Source of the DNA: Hyphochytrium catenoides
Taxonomy: Eukaryota; Protista; Hyphochytriomycota
Assembly: GCA_900088475.1 (NCBI GenBank)
Contig: FLMG01002562.1
Coordinates: 62,001 to 126,000 of the forward strand
Reading direction: 5' to 3'
DNA: 64,000 nt
Shown here: positions 12,040-24,200 of the stretch, one piece after another
Numbering within the stretch: position 1 is the stretch's first letter
Layout of the letters: the number at the start of each line of letters is the position of its first letter
Translations under genes and position numbers: made by a program
The notes under the pieces: generated by a model
Told to the model about the DNA's origin: nothing
Seen by the model: only the letters and a program-made list of their open reading frames with translations
The model's database searches: none

Positions 12040-15000
12040 CTACTCTGGCTTCTCTCCTTCCTCTCCCGCTTCTCTTTCGCTACCGCCAGTCAGAGACCGA
12101 AGCAGAAGAACTTTCTGTGCCGTTTTCTTGAGTGTTCTGGAGGACTTGAAGGAGTCGTGAAGCCTCTTTTGGTGCGAACCCCGAACTCTTCCCATACCTC
12201 CTCTTTCGTGGCTCTCGTCTTCCTCCTCATCGTCCTCCTCTCTGTCAGAAACAAAGAAGGCGCTTCCTTGACTGCTGGCGTACGATGAGTCCAGAGATGT
12301 GGCAGAGTCTCGAATAGAAGAAGAGAGAGAAGAAGTCTGTCGGCTAATCCGGCTTTTGGCACGGGCGATTGAAGACAACGCCGCAAGGGAAGAAAGGCCC
12401 ATCGAACTCTTCTTTGTAAGTAAAGGCCTCTCTTCTTCACTCTTCTTCTTATCGGTCTTCGGTCGAAGCGTGAGCAGAGTCCGTGGGGTGTCTGGATCTT
12501 CAAAGAGCCGTTTACAGAGAGCGGCAACGTCCGCCTGTTTGATGTTGTTAAGAGTCTGATCAATGACTTGTTCCTCTGCCGTCATAAATACTCCGGGGCT
12601 TTCAGCTGCAGGGATAGAAACTCAGATTATTAGAGTACATAGCGAGACAATAGAGCCTGAGAGGATGTGGAAGATAGTTCTAAAGACAGAGCAATCACGT
12701 CGGCCTTGGGGTCTCCCGAAGATAATATGAGGGATCTATCTCTAGTGGTCGCCGAGAGAAAGGAGGGCCCATAAGAAGAGGAAGAGCTGAATGTTTGAGA
12801 AAGAGATATTCCTCTTATGCAACGCTTTGTGGGTTGTAGGGGAGAGGGAAGAAGAACTAGAGAGAAGAGTCCCAGCCCGAGAGTGGCAATTTTACGTGAG
12901 GACGACGGGCCCCACTTTAGCTGAGTTATGACCGTTATCCACTGACCTGTGTTCCAGCGAGAAGTCATTTGGGCACAGTGTTTGGAGAGCCAGTACGAGT
13001 TCGTCCTTCGGTCTTCCTCTCTCTCTACCTTCCATAGACCTACTAACAAGTCAATCTCTTCTTGGCTGGGAGGAGAAGCCGCAAGCTTCTGAACTAAGCC
13101 CCAAACCACTTCCTGAAGCTCCAGAGCGGACTCTGGATTACAGGTAAAGAAAATGGAAAGCGTTCCCGTCTGTGGAGCAGTCCTTCCCAGAGGAAGGAAG
13201 AGTAGGATCAAAAGCAGAAGGAGAGACAAATTTGAAGAGGAAGATGGATTAGAAGAGCGTGCGGGAATGACAGAGAGAGAGAGCGAGAGAGAGAGAGAGG
13301 AAGAGGAAGAAGAGGAGAGCGAGAGAGGGAAAAAAGAGGGAAAGAGAGAGAGAGTTTGTGTGAAAGAGATTGAGAGAGAGAGATGCTCTGCAAGGAAGAC
13401 GGAGAGAGAAGGTGCCAATCTGGTGGAGAAATGGCTGAGGCAAGGAATGCACAAGTAATAGAACAAAGTCAGGAAGGCGTCGGTTAGTCGCCGTCGTCAC
13501 CCTCTCCCGCCAATTACTCTATGTTAGTACCTAGAGAGCACCTCATCGTAGTCCACAGCGACAGAGACGCCATAAACTCGCCCCAAGTCCCATCTGAGGT
13601 GCTCCTGCAGCACTTTAGAGAGGTGCCGCTCGATGACGCCTAGCATCCTATATGAAACGGAGTGGAAGTCAGTGATCCCGGTCAGAAACGAAGTGGTGCA
13701 TAGACTTAAAAAAGGGGGAGAGGGAGGGAGAGACAGAGAGAGACAAACGGGAAGAGGTAAAATCGGTATAATCTGAGGTCTAAACGACCAGCACACATTA
13801 GTTGCACATAGACCTTCTGCAAGTGGACCAACATGCGTGGAAAGATAGAACGATAGCCAGGATTTTAGCTGGGAGAGATGGGTCGGGGACACTTTGGAGC
13901 CCACTGCTTACAGTTCGTCTCTTATCTCCGCTTCCATGCTTTCATTCCCTAGCTGTATCTTGACATTTATCGACACGCGGCTTAGTGGTTCCACCATCTC
14001 CACCTCTAGCACTTGATGGATCACCCTAAGGTCAGAGTAGCCCGGAAGGTAAGAGACAAGCCCAAAGGGCAAAGAAAGGCCTAGGAGACAGGCCAACTAC
14101 TGCTTCCTCGCCTTTACGAGCTATTCCTAGCCTCTACGAGCTGGGAAGCAATATGAAACCAGAACCAATCCATCGTGGAGTTTAGCTCTTTTTCCACAAG
14201 AACTTCGAGGGACCCAAAGATAGAGGAAAAGACGTCTCACCGACTAGGAAACTGGATATGCAAGTCTGGAACTTCTTCAATACTTTTGGGATTCGCTATG
14301 TCTTCAGCAAAAGGTGAAGGTGGGATCCCACCAATATAGAGCAGCAGACCTAGAGTAAGGAAGACGAACACGTTAGCGCAACAGACGTTGGGGTTAGCGA
14401 GTATACGAGGGTCAAGATAGCTACGTGGACCAATGAGCTAGGCGGGAGACTAAGGAAACGACATCTGGAGAGTCAAACAAACAGTGCTACGATTAACAGA
14501 GATAGGGTAAGGGCAGTTTTTCCGAAGCCAGCTGGTGAATGCTGCTGTCACGGATCAAGAACGCCACGGGATCAGCAGTCGAACAGACAGAGATGAAGTG
14601 ATCTGGAGAGCGGCGTTAGAAAAGGAGAGCGAATATTCAATCAAAGAGTTCAGAATAGCAACGACAGAGTGGAAGGGCTGTTATACCCTCCAACAAGCTG
14701 TCCACGGATGCCGACCCGACGATGACTAGAGTCCAGACAGAGGGGTCAATGAATGAATGAGAGAAGAAGTCAACCACTCGCTCCACATCCACGCTTTCAA
14801 CCTCTTCCAGAGTTAGAGACCGAGAAGATGGATGGTCCTCAGTATTGACAGCCGCACAGAGCTAGGAAGGTGTAAAGTTGGGAAGAGAGCCAACCAGAGA
14901 TAAAGAGAGAGCATATTGTGAGCCAGCCACCCAAAGGCGATGCACGTGCTTTAGAATAGACTGGCCAGAATGTCTCTTACCTCTCGAAAGGCTGTGTCTG

Positions 15001-18000
15001 GATTGTTCGTCTGCTGTCTAGCTCTCGCCCAGTCTTTTAGCACCTGGAGGCGCGCATAAATCTTTAACGAGTCGTTCTGAGCATCAGCCTTGATCGGCGT
15101 AGTAAATAGATGATGCTGTTTAATAAGTCGTCAGTCTTCATATAGGCTCACGAAGGAGAAAAGGCTCCATAAAAGAGGTGAACACGGGGGAGAACTCGGT
15201 GGGGCGGACATCTGGCAAAGTAGGTTCTAGGCGATGCCTAATTATCAGCGGGTGAATGTGTAACACGAAGCGCCAGGGGCAGTTCCACGGAGGTGACGAG
15301 TGAAGACAAACAACTGAGAAAGGAGATTGAAGGGCTTGGCAACGTAACCCAGGTCGCGGCCATACTCTGACAGTACTTCATTCGAAAAAGAGAAGGGGGA
15401 AGAGGAAACGTAAAATGAAGGATGGAGTAGCGGTAGGACATAGGAGGTAGAGAGAATAAGCAAAGAGGAATCTCGTACGATGAGCTGTAGCGTTATATCA
15501 AGGTCCTCTTCTGAGCACGCTCCGGTAAACCGAGTCTGATACAGGCCAACAGAGGTATGAAGGTCAACCTGGTGGGAGGGTTACCGGATGATTAGCTAGA
15601 GAAAAAGAGCGAGTGAGTCCATGCTATACTTATCATTTCTTAGCGCTATAGCTTCTATACTCCTTATAAAGCATCCTCTCTTCCATAAGATAACAATTGC
15701 TGCAGAGGATCGCACATACCGCAACTCCAGTGAGGAAGTCCATAAGAAGATGCGGGTCAAAGCCGTACTTCCCTTCCTCTACGATCTCTACCAGTTCTGC
15801 TGTTATTCGGCCCTGTGGAGACGAATAAAGAGCACTCTTCCCGCCCCATTTGACCGCAGAAAAATGGATTCTATGTTTCTCAAAGTCTGAATGAGGGAAC
15901 TTTAGGTTAGGGAGCAGATAAAGAAAGGTATGGAGGTGTGACCTGCTCAAAGAGGCTGGGCCGGACTAGAATGATATACCTAAGGCAACAACTTCCAAGG
16001 GAAATAAGAAGATCGCAGATTCATAGACGATATGGCCTTGGCCCAGGGATGAGCGAATAGAAGCGAGAGCGAAGGTATTGGGATACGAAGTGCATTTTCT
16101 ACCTGTGGTCTTTACCAGTACCTTCATGCCATTACTGAGGATGAGGAAGGTGGTGGGGTGGTTGTAGAGCATTATCTCTTCTCGTGACAGTACTAGAGAA
16201 TATGGCAATGTCAGCCGGAGGACAGTCAGTCAATGCTTTATTGGTTTAATAACCTGTGCCCGCCTGTGGCGGCTTTTCAAAGAGTGTCTGCAGCGATTGC
16301 TGACTCTGCAGTCTACTGAGGCCCCGTCGCGTGGCTCTAAGAACTGTATTGAGCGTCTCCCGAACCATCTGGGTTGTCGTCTGATGGGACATCGCAGTGA
16401 ACAAGAGAGGGGGTGACGAGATAAGATGACGTCTGAAAGAAGCAAATGACCTAGTGGCGATGGATGGATGGAGAAAGGAATAGAAGCTGTCTTGCAAGGA
16501 ACGACAGGTGAGCGCTCAAAATAGCCAAAGCTACATGGAAGAGAAGACGAAAGTAAGAAAGCAGGAAGGAGCTAGTTCAATCAAAAAGACGAAGCCTGTT
16601 GGTTGCCCTGCGGCCTAAACGTTCACGGTTAAACGTCGATAATGAGTTGATAGCGCAGGGAGTAGAATGTCGAGATGAGGGCCTCAAGTGCCCCAGAGAT
16701 TGTGTGCTTGCGCTTCTTACCCGATGTCCGTGCTGCTGGGATTCAACGACTTGGACGTAGCAGTCTCCAAACCAATCCAGACTCAATGGCAATTGGCTTA
16801 GATCCTCGACAGTGACAGAGGCTAAGAGGAAGGAGCCCATCTCAAACTGCGGTGCCGAGAAGAGAAGCCAAAGTGTGAAGGAAAAGCAAGAGAAAGACCC
16901 ACAAACCGGACCTACGTTCTTTCCTCCTTTTTTCTCTCTCTCCCTCTTTGTCTCTCTCTCTTTCTGTGTGTCTGCACGAAAGCACTCTTTGCCAACGTCA
17001 CTCTCAAAAGCCATGATACGCCTACCATCTTTCTGCTGCTGAGGTGTGGGTTGTTATAGAGAAAATCGTCAGCATAGCTCTCAAGGTAAACAGAGGTCTC
17101 TGTCTCCTCTTCTCTAGCGGCAAAAGAGCGAAGAAGAGCGAGAGACTCACGCTTTGCTAAGTTGAGCTCCTTTTCTCTGAAGCCTAACAGGAAGAACAAT
17201 AAGAACGGAAGTGAAGAACGTGGCTGCATATGGAACGACCAAATGATCGAACTCCAATAGTGAGAGAGAGTGTGTATGATTTGAGAAGCAGAAGCACACC
17301 TTGCTGTTTGGCTCTCTCTATCTCTCGGATAAGACCTTCAAACTGCTGCATCGCGTGGGGCCCCTCGGAGACAAAGCAAAAGGAGTGGAGCACTAGCGGC
17401 GTCACTGAGTCAAAGCTGTGCACAAGGGATCCGAGAAAAGTGTAAGCTTCTGGCATTCTCGTCCCTTCCCTTGTGCATGTATTTCTTACGATCCCCTTAG
17501 CTCAAGTGCTATCAAGGCTAGACTGGGTCTGTCTACCTCTCGGTCAGACTAGCTCAGTCTTCTCTAGAATTACCTAGAGCTCTCACTGAGGTCTATTCTT
17601 TCCCCGTCTCTCCATTGTTCCTGCTTGTTTGTCCCTCTGCTCCCCTTTCTATCGCCAAGCATTATCAGTTCCAGTCGTGGTCTTTGTGCTTTGGTTCACT
17701 GTCGCTTTACATTTGTCAGGTCTGTCTGGGGCTGTTCCCTAATCTTACCAGCAGGCCCTAGGTCCAAGCCTCTTTACTAGCCTCCTATTTATGGCGTAGA
17801 TGAACAGATCGGAGATAAGCTCCTCTCTAAAGGAAGAGACAGTTGGAGGAGCCACGCTGTCAGGACGCTTGAACGCGATAGAGAGTTTGGTCTCGCTCAC
17901 TTCTGGGTCGCAGACGATGGAGGTATGAAAGCCTAAAAGCAGCCACCAATGGCCCACAGTACACAGCGATAAAGGTTATGAGACGCCGGTGTCCTTGTTC

Positions 18001-20096
18001 CTATCTGTAACCTCCAACATCCTTGTTCATCCTCGTCTTCCTGTGTGTCCACTAAACCCAAGTGTTCCGTAGTGTTTATGACTTAGCTCTGCCTTCTCCG
18101 TACCTTGATTCCAAAGAAGGGGAAAAGAAGGCACTTTCTCCGGCTTCTGTTGGCTGGCCCAGAGAGGTCTCTCCTGTCCCAAGAATGTTCTGGCTTGCTC
18201 TAATACACCTTGTATCCCACCTTCCTCTTTCCTCAGGTCTCCCACTATTATAATGGCCATGTTCTCAGGCTGATACCACCGGTCTCTAAAAGCCCGTACG
18301 CGGCTCCCTGTAATCTCCTTTATGCTCGCTTCATTTCCTAAAGGGTCTCTCTTTCCCCACTGACTACCGCTATAAAGATGGGAGAGATAGTCCCTCGTAA
18401 TCCTCCCCTGCGCAGTGCAATCCTCTCTCCACTCTTCAAGGACGGCACCTTTCTCCTTCTCTACATCCTCATCAGAACATCGAACATGAAAAGCCCACTA
18501 ACAGAGGGAAAAGAGAGAGAGAGAAAGAAGGAGTGAGGACCCCAAATGAGAGGCGAGAAAGTTTGAGAAAGGGGAAAAGAAAGTGTGCCTTGGCAGGATC
18601 CTATGGGTGCGCGAGCAAGAAAAGATAGAGATAACGAGAGCAGCCAATGCTAGCGAAGCTGACTTCCCAAGACAGACTATCGAAAAACATCTGGTTCACC
18701 GAGAGGCCATTAGACAGGAGAGACAAAGTTCTTCAGCGGAGAGAAAGAAGGGTCGTTTCGTCCGTACCTGAGCCATGAGCTTGAGAGCACTCTCTATTGA
18801 ATTGCTATGGAGCGGGTCCGTAGGGATATGTAGCTTGTACTTTGTATAGTCAAAGGTAGTGAACGCGTTCGCGTCTGCAGAAGCATTGGCTCCGATACTC
18901 TCTAAGAAATGGTAGATTGAACTCTGATCAAACTCTTCCGTCGCCTGAGAGTAAGGAGAGGTTATCAGTGGCTAATTCACTTGGTAAGTACGAAGCGGGC
19001 CCACAACGCCGCGGCAGGAATTAGAGAGGAGCTTGCAAGAAGGTAAGAGCTCTAATTTTCTCTGAAAAGAGGGAAGCCACAATCCTGAGACGCAACAAGG
19101 CCCGGTAACAAGGTCTAGAGGCTTGTGTTTTAAAGGGTGAGAAACCGACTACTGCGGCCTGAGAAGGAAGGAGAAGTCGGGAACTGCGAATGTACCTGGA
19201 AGGCCAAGTGCTCTAGTAGGTGTGCTACCCCCTGCTGGTCATCTTCTTCCTGCAAGGATCCAACTCGTACGACAAGCTGGAGATCAACTCTCTCCTCAGG
19301 ACGCCTAGTCCAGAGATTGAAGGTTGGCAGGCACGAGAGAGAAAGGCAGAGTGAGTAGGGCTCAGTCTGGTTTTTACCATGAACTTTGCACAGTGGCAGC
19401 AATCAGACAGCAAGCTGACTCGACAGTTCGGCCCTTGAAGCAAGAAGCGAGGGGTCAAACGCCGGTTTAGAAGTATGGGTGTAAGTAAAAGAGATCTGGC
19501 CAGAGCGAGAGAGAGGTCGAGGTAAAAAGCTCTTACGCATTCTGCTGGACGAAGAAGCGCATTCCATTTGGGAAAGTGCCCAGGAGACAGTCATAGTCCA
19601 CATAAGTGGAGAGCTTCTCGTCCAGTGAGAACTATCAACGATGGACGAATCGGGAAGGAGAGAACTGTTAATGACAGATGAAGACATGGAGGGATACGGA
19701 GGAACCGCGGTTACTTATGACAGATCAAAGCGAATGGATGGACGAATCGGGAAGGAGAGAACTGTTAATGACAGATGAAGACATGGAAGGATACGGAGGA
19801 ACCGCGGTTACTTATGAGAGATCAAAGCGAATGGATGGACGAATCGGGAAGGAGAGAACTGTTAATGACAGATGAAGACATGGAAGGATACGGAGGAACC
19901 GCGGCTACTTATGAGAGATCAAAGCGAATGGAAGTAAGTTTCTCTGCCAGTAGTTGAGGGCTGGGACGGCAAGCGTTGGGTGACTTAAGTCAACCGGAAG
20001 GAAGTAGACCTGATAGCCAGAGAGGGAGCCGGCGGGATCAACACTGACCTTGGGCTGCGGGCTTGCTGGCCAGACCTCGCTCTTCATGACGTTCAT
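12040..20096 (-). CDS. M16 family (PqqL-like) zinc metallopeptidase, multi-exon
   Basis: Spliced peptides GTFPNGMRFFVQQNA / RPEERVDLQLVVRVGSLQEEDDQQGVAHLLEHLAF (HxxEH at 19208-19222) / ANAFTTFDYTKY / VEKEKGAVLEEWR / RWYQPENMAIIIVGD / LILSNGMKVLVK / LRWDLGRVYGVSV / RTNSYWL. Last exon ends at 12040. The first exon 20096-20049 is inferred from a GTCAGT donor and phase match. Confidence 0.9.
19641..19931. repeat. Tandem repeat, 3 near-identical copies of a 97-bp unit, in intron 1 of the M16 peptidase
   Basis: The unit ATGGACGAATCGGGAAGGAGAG...GATCAAAGCGAATGG starts at 19641, 19738 and 19835, with only a few substitutions between copies. Confidence 0.97.
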
Positions 20097-21232
20097 CTTT
20101 TTCAAGTTAAGCAAGAGGCCCAGCCGACATATGAGGTCGAAGCAGCAGTCGCTGTCAAGCAAGAGTGAAAATATGCCTCTACGCGGCCAATATAAGTCTT
20201 TATCTTGGCATCTTCGATATACGTAAGATCGATGAGAGTAGACCTTCCTGCTCTCCGGGACAACCCATTATATTTAGACTGTCAAGTATTGAGCGAGCGG
20301 CATAGCCTGCTTCAGGCTCCCTTTCAGGTCTTCGCTGGCTTTGTATGCACGTGGCGTGGGTCTCTTAATCACTGTCAAGCTTATGCACGCTCGGTCTCTG
20401 CCGGCCCTCACGAGCTCCAGATACAAAGATTCTCAATTTGCAAAAGAATCTGCAACTTCGTGCCGTTTCAATAAGTTCGCAATACACCCAAAGCGCCACA
20501 ACTGTGAAAAATAGCCATATTCTTGTGTAAAATAACAATTCTCTCACCACAAACAGCAGAAGGGAACAACAGAAGGAAAGGGTGAAAAACACAACATTAC
20601 GCTTTCTTTACACATCGCGAAATTCGCAACAAGGGGCTCTCCAGAATATAAATAGGGCTATTGGAAATAGTCCGTACTGTTTCCGAAGTGTGTTGGATTA
20701 GGAAGGTGCGGTGCGGGTCAAAAGCTGGCGATGAAGCTTCGTCTCCTTTCTCCTCATGATCGCCGTCATTCCGCGATGAGAAGCGCAGAATGAAGCTTGA
20801 AGCTTCATCAGCAACGGTCAGAGATCTGCAGCATAATCTCTGACGAATCTGTCAGAAGGTTTCTGTATAGCTATTTATTTCTTTCCCCCATTATATGCCT
20901 GCATTCCAGAAAACGTAAAGGAGCTTAAGGGGGAAAAAGTTTGCCCTTGTCGAGGGCCTGCCACGCACCTGCCTTCTACTCGCCCCTCGTCCCCCTCCGC
21001 CTCATGCCCACATAGGCCACTTTGCACTCTTTAGCGATGCAAGCCTGAATTCTTATTGTCGGTCTGTTCTCCCCCTCTCTCTTGCGAGCTGCAGCTCGAC
21101 AGATTTGTCGTCAACAGCGTTCTACCTCTTCTGCCTGCTTGGGGAGTCCTCTCTGCTAGAAAGAGAGGGAGAGCGAAGGAGAGAGCAACATAGCAGCATC
21201 TGAGGAGCACATTAGCCTACATTTTGGGGGAA
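20097..21232. promoter_or_regulatory. Divergent (head-to-head) promoter region between the M16 peptidase and TAF4-like genes
   Basis: The start codons at 20096 (-) and 21233 (+) face away from each other. The interval contains palindromic elements GATGAAGCTTC...GAAGCTTCATC and GTCAGAGAT...ATCTCTGAC at about 20730-20845. Confidence 0.5.
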
Positions 21233-24200
21233 ATGGGGGACTTCGAGCTTGAAGACTTCCTAAGCCCGCCGACGGTGTCGAGCTCGGGCCTGCTCATGAC
21301 GCCCAATTCCCCTCGAGGACAGTCGGGCCTGGCGCTGGGTAAGCGCAGTAGAACCCTCTGGCAGCAGCCTCAGGCCTTTCTTCTTCTAACCCTTCCTGTT
21401 GTGCATCTGTGTCGCCTGGTCTGGCCGATGTCCTAATGTCCACGATCTCTCTGCACAGGTACTGGCGGGTTGATGGACACATCATCGGCTGTTCTTTTGC
21501 CGTCAGAAGGCAGTTCCGCTGTTCTTCTTCCTTCTGAACCTCTGTCACAGCCGCCATGGGACACAGGTAAAGGGAAAGTATAGCAGAGATACCCTGCAGT
21601 AGCAGAAAGGGGAGAAAGGAAGAAGTGGATAGAAACGAAGAGAAGCCTTGGTTACCAGCACCGAGCATTGCTACTGTCTTCTGCTTCTTGATTCCTTCAA
21701 GCGACATATCTTGATCTTTATGGCTTTCAAATCCTTTGACCTATTGCTTACTAGGAACAGCCGCCACTACCCCTGCAGTCGCACCAATGGTGCCTCCCCC
21801 TCCAGAGCTTGGCGGACCTATAGCTCCTGGTGAGTTGCTATCAAAGTGTTTTAGGAAGGAAGAGAAGAGATATGTTGAACGGGGAACTGAGAGAGAAGTG
21901 CTGTTGATCTTTGGGCTTGCCGCCTCTCAGGTCTAACGTCCTCACGCTTGCGTAGATCCGTCACTTACTAGCGGGACCGAGCTGCCGCCGATGATCCCAG
22001 TCCCCGCTTCCCTGCTCTCTGCTTCAACAGGAAGTCCGGTCCCTCTTACCACTCGACTTCCTTCAGTCACCTCTCCTGTCCTCCCAGCCTACTCCTCGTC
22101 CACAATGTCCTCGTCGCTATTGCCATCACCAGTCACTGTCGCCCCTGCCAAAACAGGACAAGTAGGGGCAGCTGGACGAGGAGGAGGAGAGGTTATGATG
22201 AGAAGAGCCTTCGAGTACTTTAAGCAGCACTTGAAGATGGAGGACTATAAGAACCTTATCGACCAGTGCAAGATCCCAGGGGTAAATCTTAACTTAAGCC
22301 CCTCAATTGCATTGGCCTCCCGTTCCTCTGGCTCCGCTCTATTGCTCTCATCTTGTTATCTCTCTTCCTCCACTATTTTTCCCTCCTCTTTCTCTCTCTC
22401 TCTCTTCTCCCTCTCCCTACCAGTTGTCTTTCGGAATCTTGCTTCGCCTACTTTGCTGCTCAATATCGCAAATCTTCCGTCAGAGAGACGGTTCTCTTCA
22501 GCACCACCAGCTCTTTTTCCCTTCCTCTCTTTCTCGCTTCCTTTAGTTTCCGGCACGTCTCTTCGCAGCCACGTCCAGCGTTATGTTCTGACGAATGTGA
22601 CATGACGTCCTATCGCTCCCAGCCCATCTAAGTCTATCCCCTCTGTTTTCCACCACAGGTGGATAAGACAAGAGTTATCAAACAGCTAGTTCCAGTTGAT
22701 ATTTATAAGCGGGCCATCAACTATGCTAAGGTTGCTCTCCGTCCCTCTGATAATTTCTCTGGGTTTCTCTACCAGTCTAACAACATTGCCTCTGGCCTGC
22801 GTGATGCTCTTCTCTCTCTTCTACCTCCATTTATTCTCTTTGTGGCCCTGAAAGATGTTCCGCTAGAGCTCTTGACATCTGTCGACTGTGGTCTACACTT
22901 ATGGACTCGGAATCTATCGTTGCTTTCTTTCTCGTCCGAGATATTGGAAAGTCAATGCTGCTCGGCTCGCTGATGGCAACCTTTGCTGAGCCCCCATCTC
23001 TGTTTTTGAGCTCTACTAACTTGTATGACCCATGTCCCATTTCACTTTCACTTCTCCCTCCTAAGGCTGCTGCAGGAGCGACACCTGCCAAGACCTCCGG
23101 GGCTGAGGCTCAAGCACAAGTAGATATGCTAGCAGAGAATATTGAGCATTCGGCCATATGCCAGACCCCAGACTGCAAGGTAGAGTAGAGTGGGCCGACG
23201 GACAGACCGCACCTAGAACCTGCGACATGCAATGGGCAGAATGAGACACGACGACGACAGGGTGCACATCGACGTCATAAAGCTCAGTGTAGCAAATCTC
23301 AACTGTTGCGTTGTCCAGCTCTCGGTTATCCTCGCTCTTCTCGAGCCTTCAGCCCCTGAAACCTCCGTTCTGGCCTGCTCTCAAATATCTGTTCCCCTTT
23401 CCCTGGTCTCGGCGGTCCTAGTATGGGAGTCACCTTCACCTCGTCCTCCTCCGTCTCGTCCTCAGGTCGTGCCTGAAGGCCTATGTTCAAAGATACGGGA
23501 ATGGGTGCAGCACCGGCGGACGTGTGATATTCACCGATGCGACAAGTGCGCGAAAATTGACCGCATTATAAAAGTTCATCTCTCAAAGTTCTGCAAGAAC
23601 AGATCAACTTGTCCTCTGTTATCTCTTAGGCCCCGAACTACGGCAGCGGTAAGATTCACTCATGACAAGAGTATGAGAGTACAGGGGCGGGGTTGGGGTG
23701 ACGGCAGTGGGATTGGAAGCGATAGCGTAAGCCATGCGTCAGGGGACCGGCAGCCCGTGGGACAGCTTTGCGAAGGACTATCACTGAGTCCATTTCGTAG
23801 GCTCTGTCTACAGTACCACCGGCTGTGCCTACCCCGGCGGCACCACCCACAGCCCTTGCCGCGAAGCCCGCACCTTCGCAAGCTGCCCGTGGGACAGCAG
23901 TAACAGGTGAGAGGAACTTGTTGTGTCTTTGCCTCTCTCTTACGTCTACTCTTGTCCGTCAAAACGTGTGTCCTCCCTGCCTTCACGATCCACATAAGCA
24001 ACCATGTTACTGTGATGGGTCCAATCTGGCTAATGGTGTGGTGCGTATTGCGTCCCTGTACCAGCCAAGCAAGGGGCGAAAGCAGCAGCTAAGGCCAGCG
24101 GTAGGCTGACTTCCTCACACTACCTCTCACTCACTCTCCATCAAGCGTGTACACTTTCGTTATGTCTTTCTTCCTTGTTCCTTTAGAGACTAATCTCGCC

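Noticed and set aside
19641-19931. CRISPR array
   Set aside because: The units are head-to-tail with no unique spacers, there are no cas genes, and the context is a eukaryotic intron.
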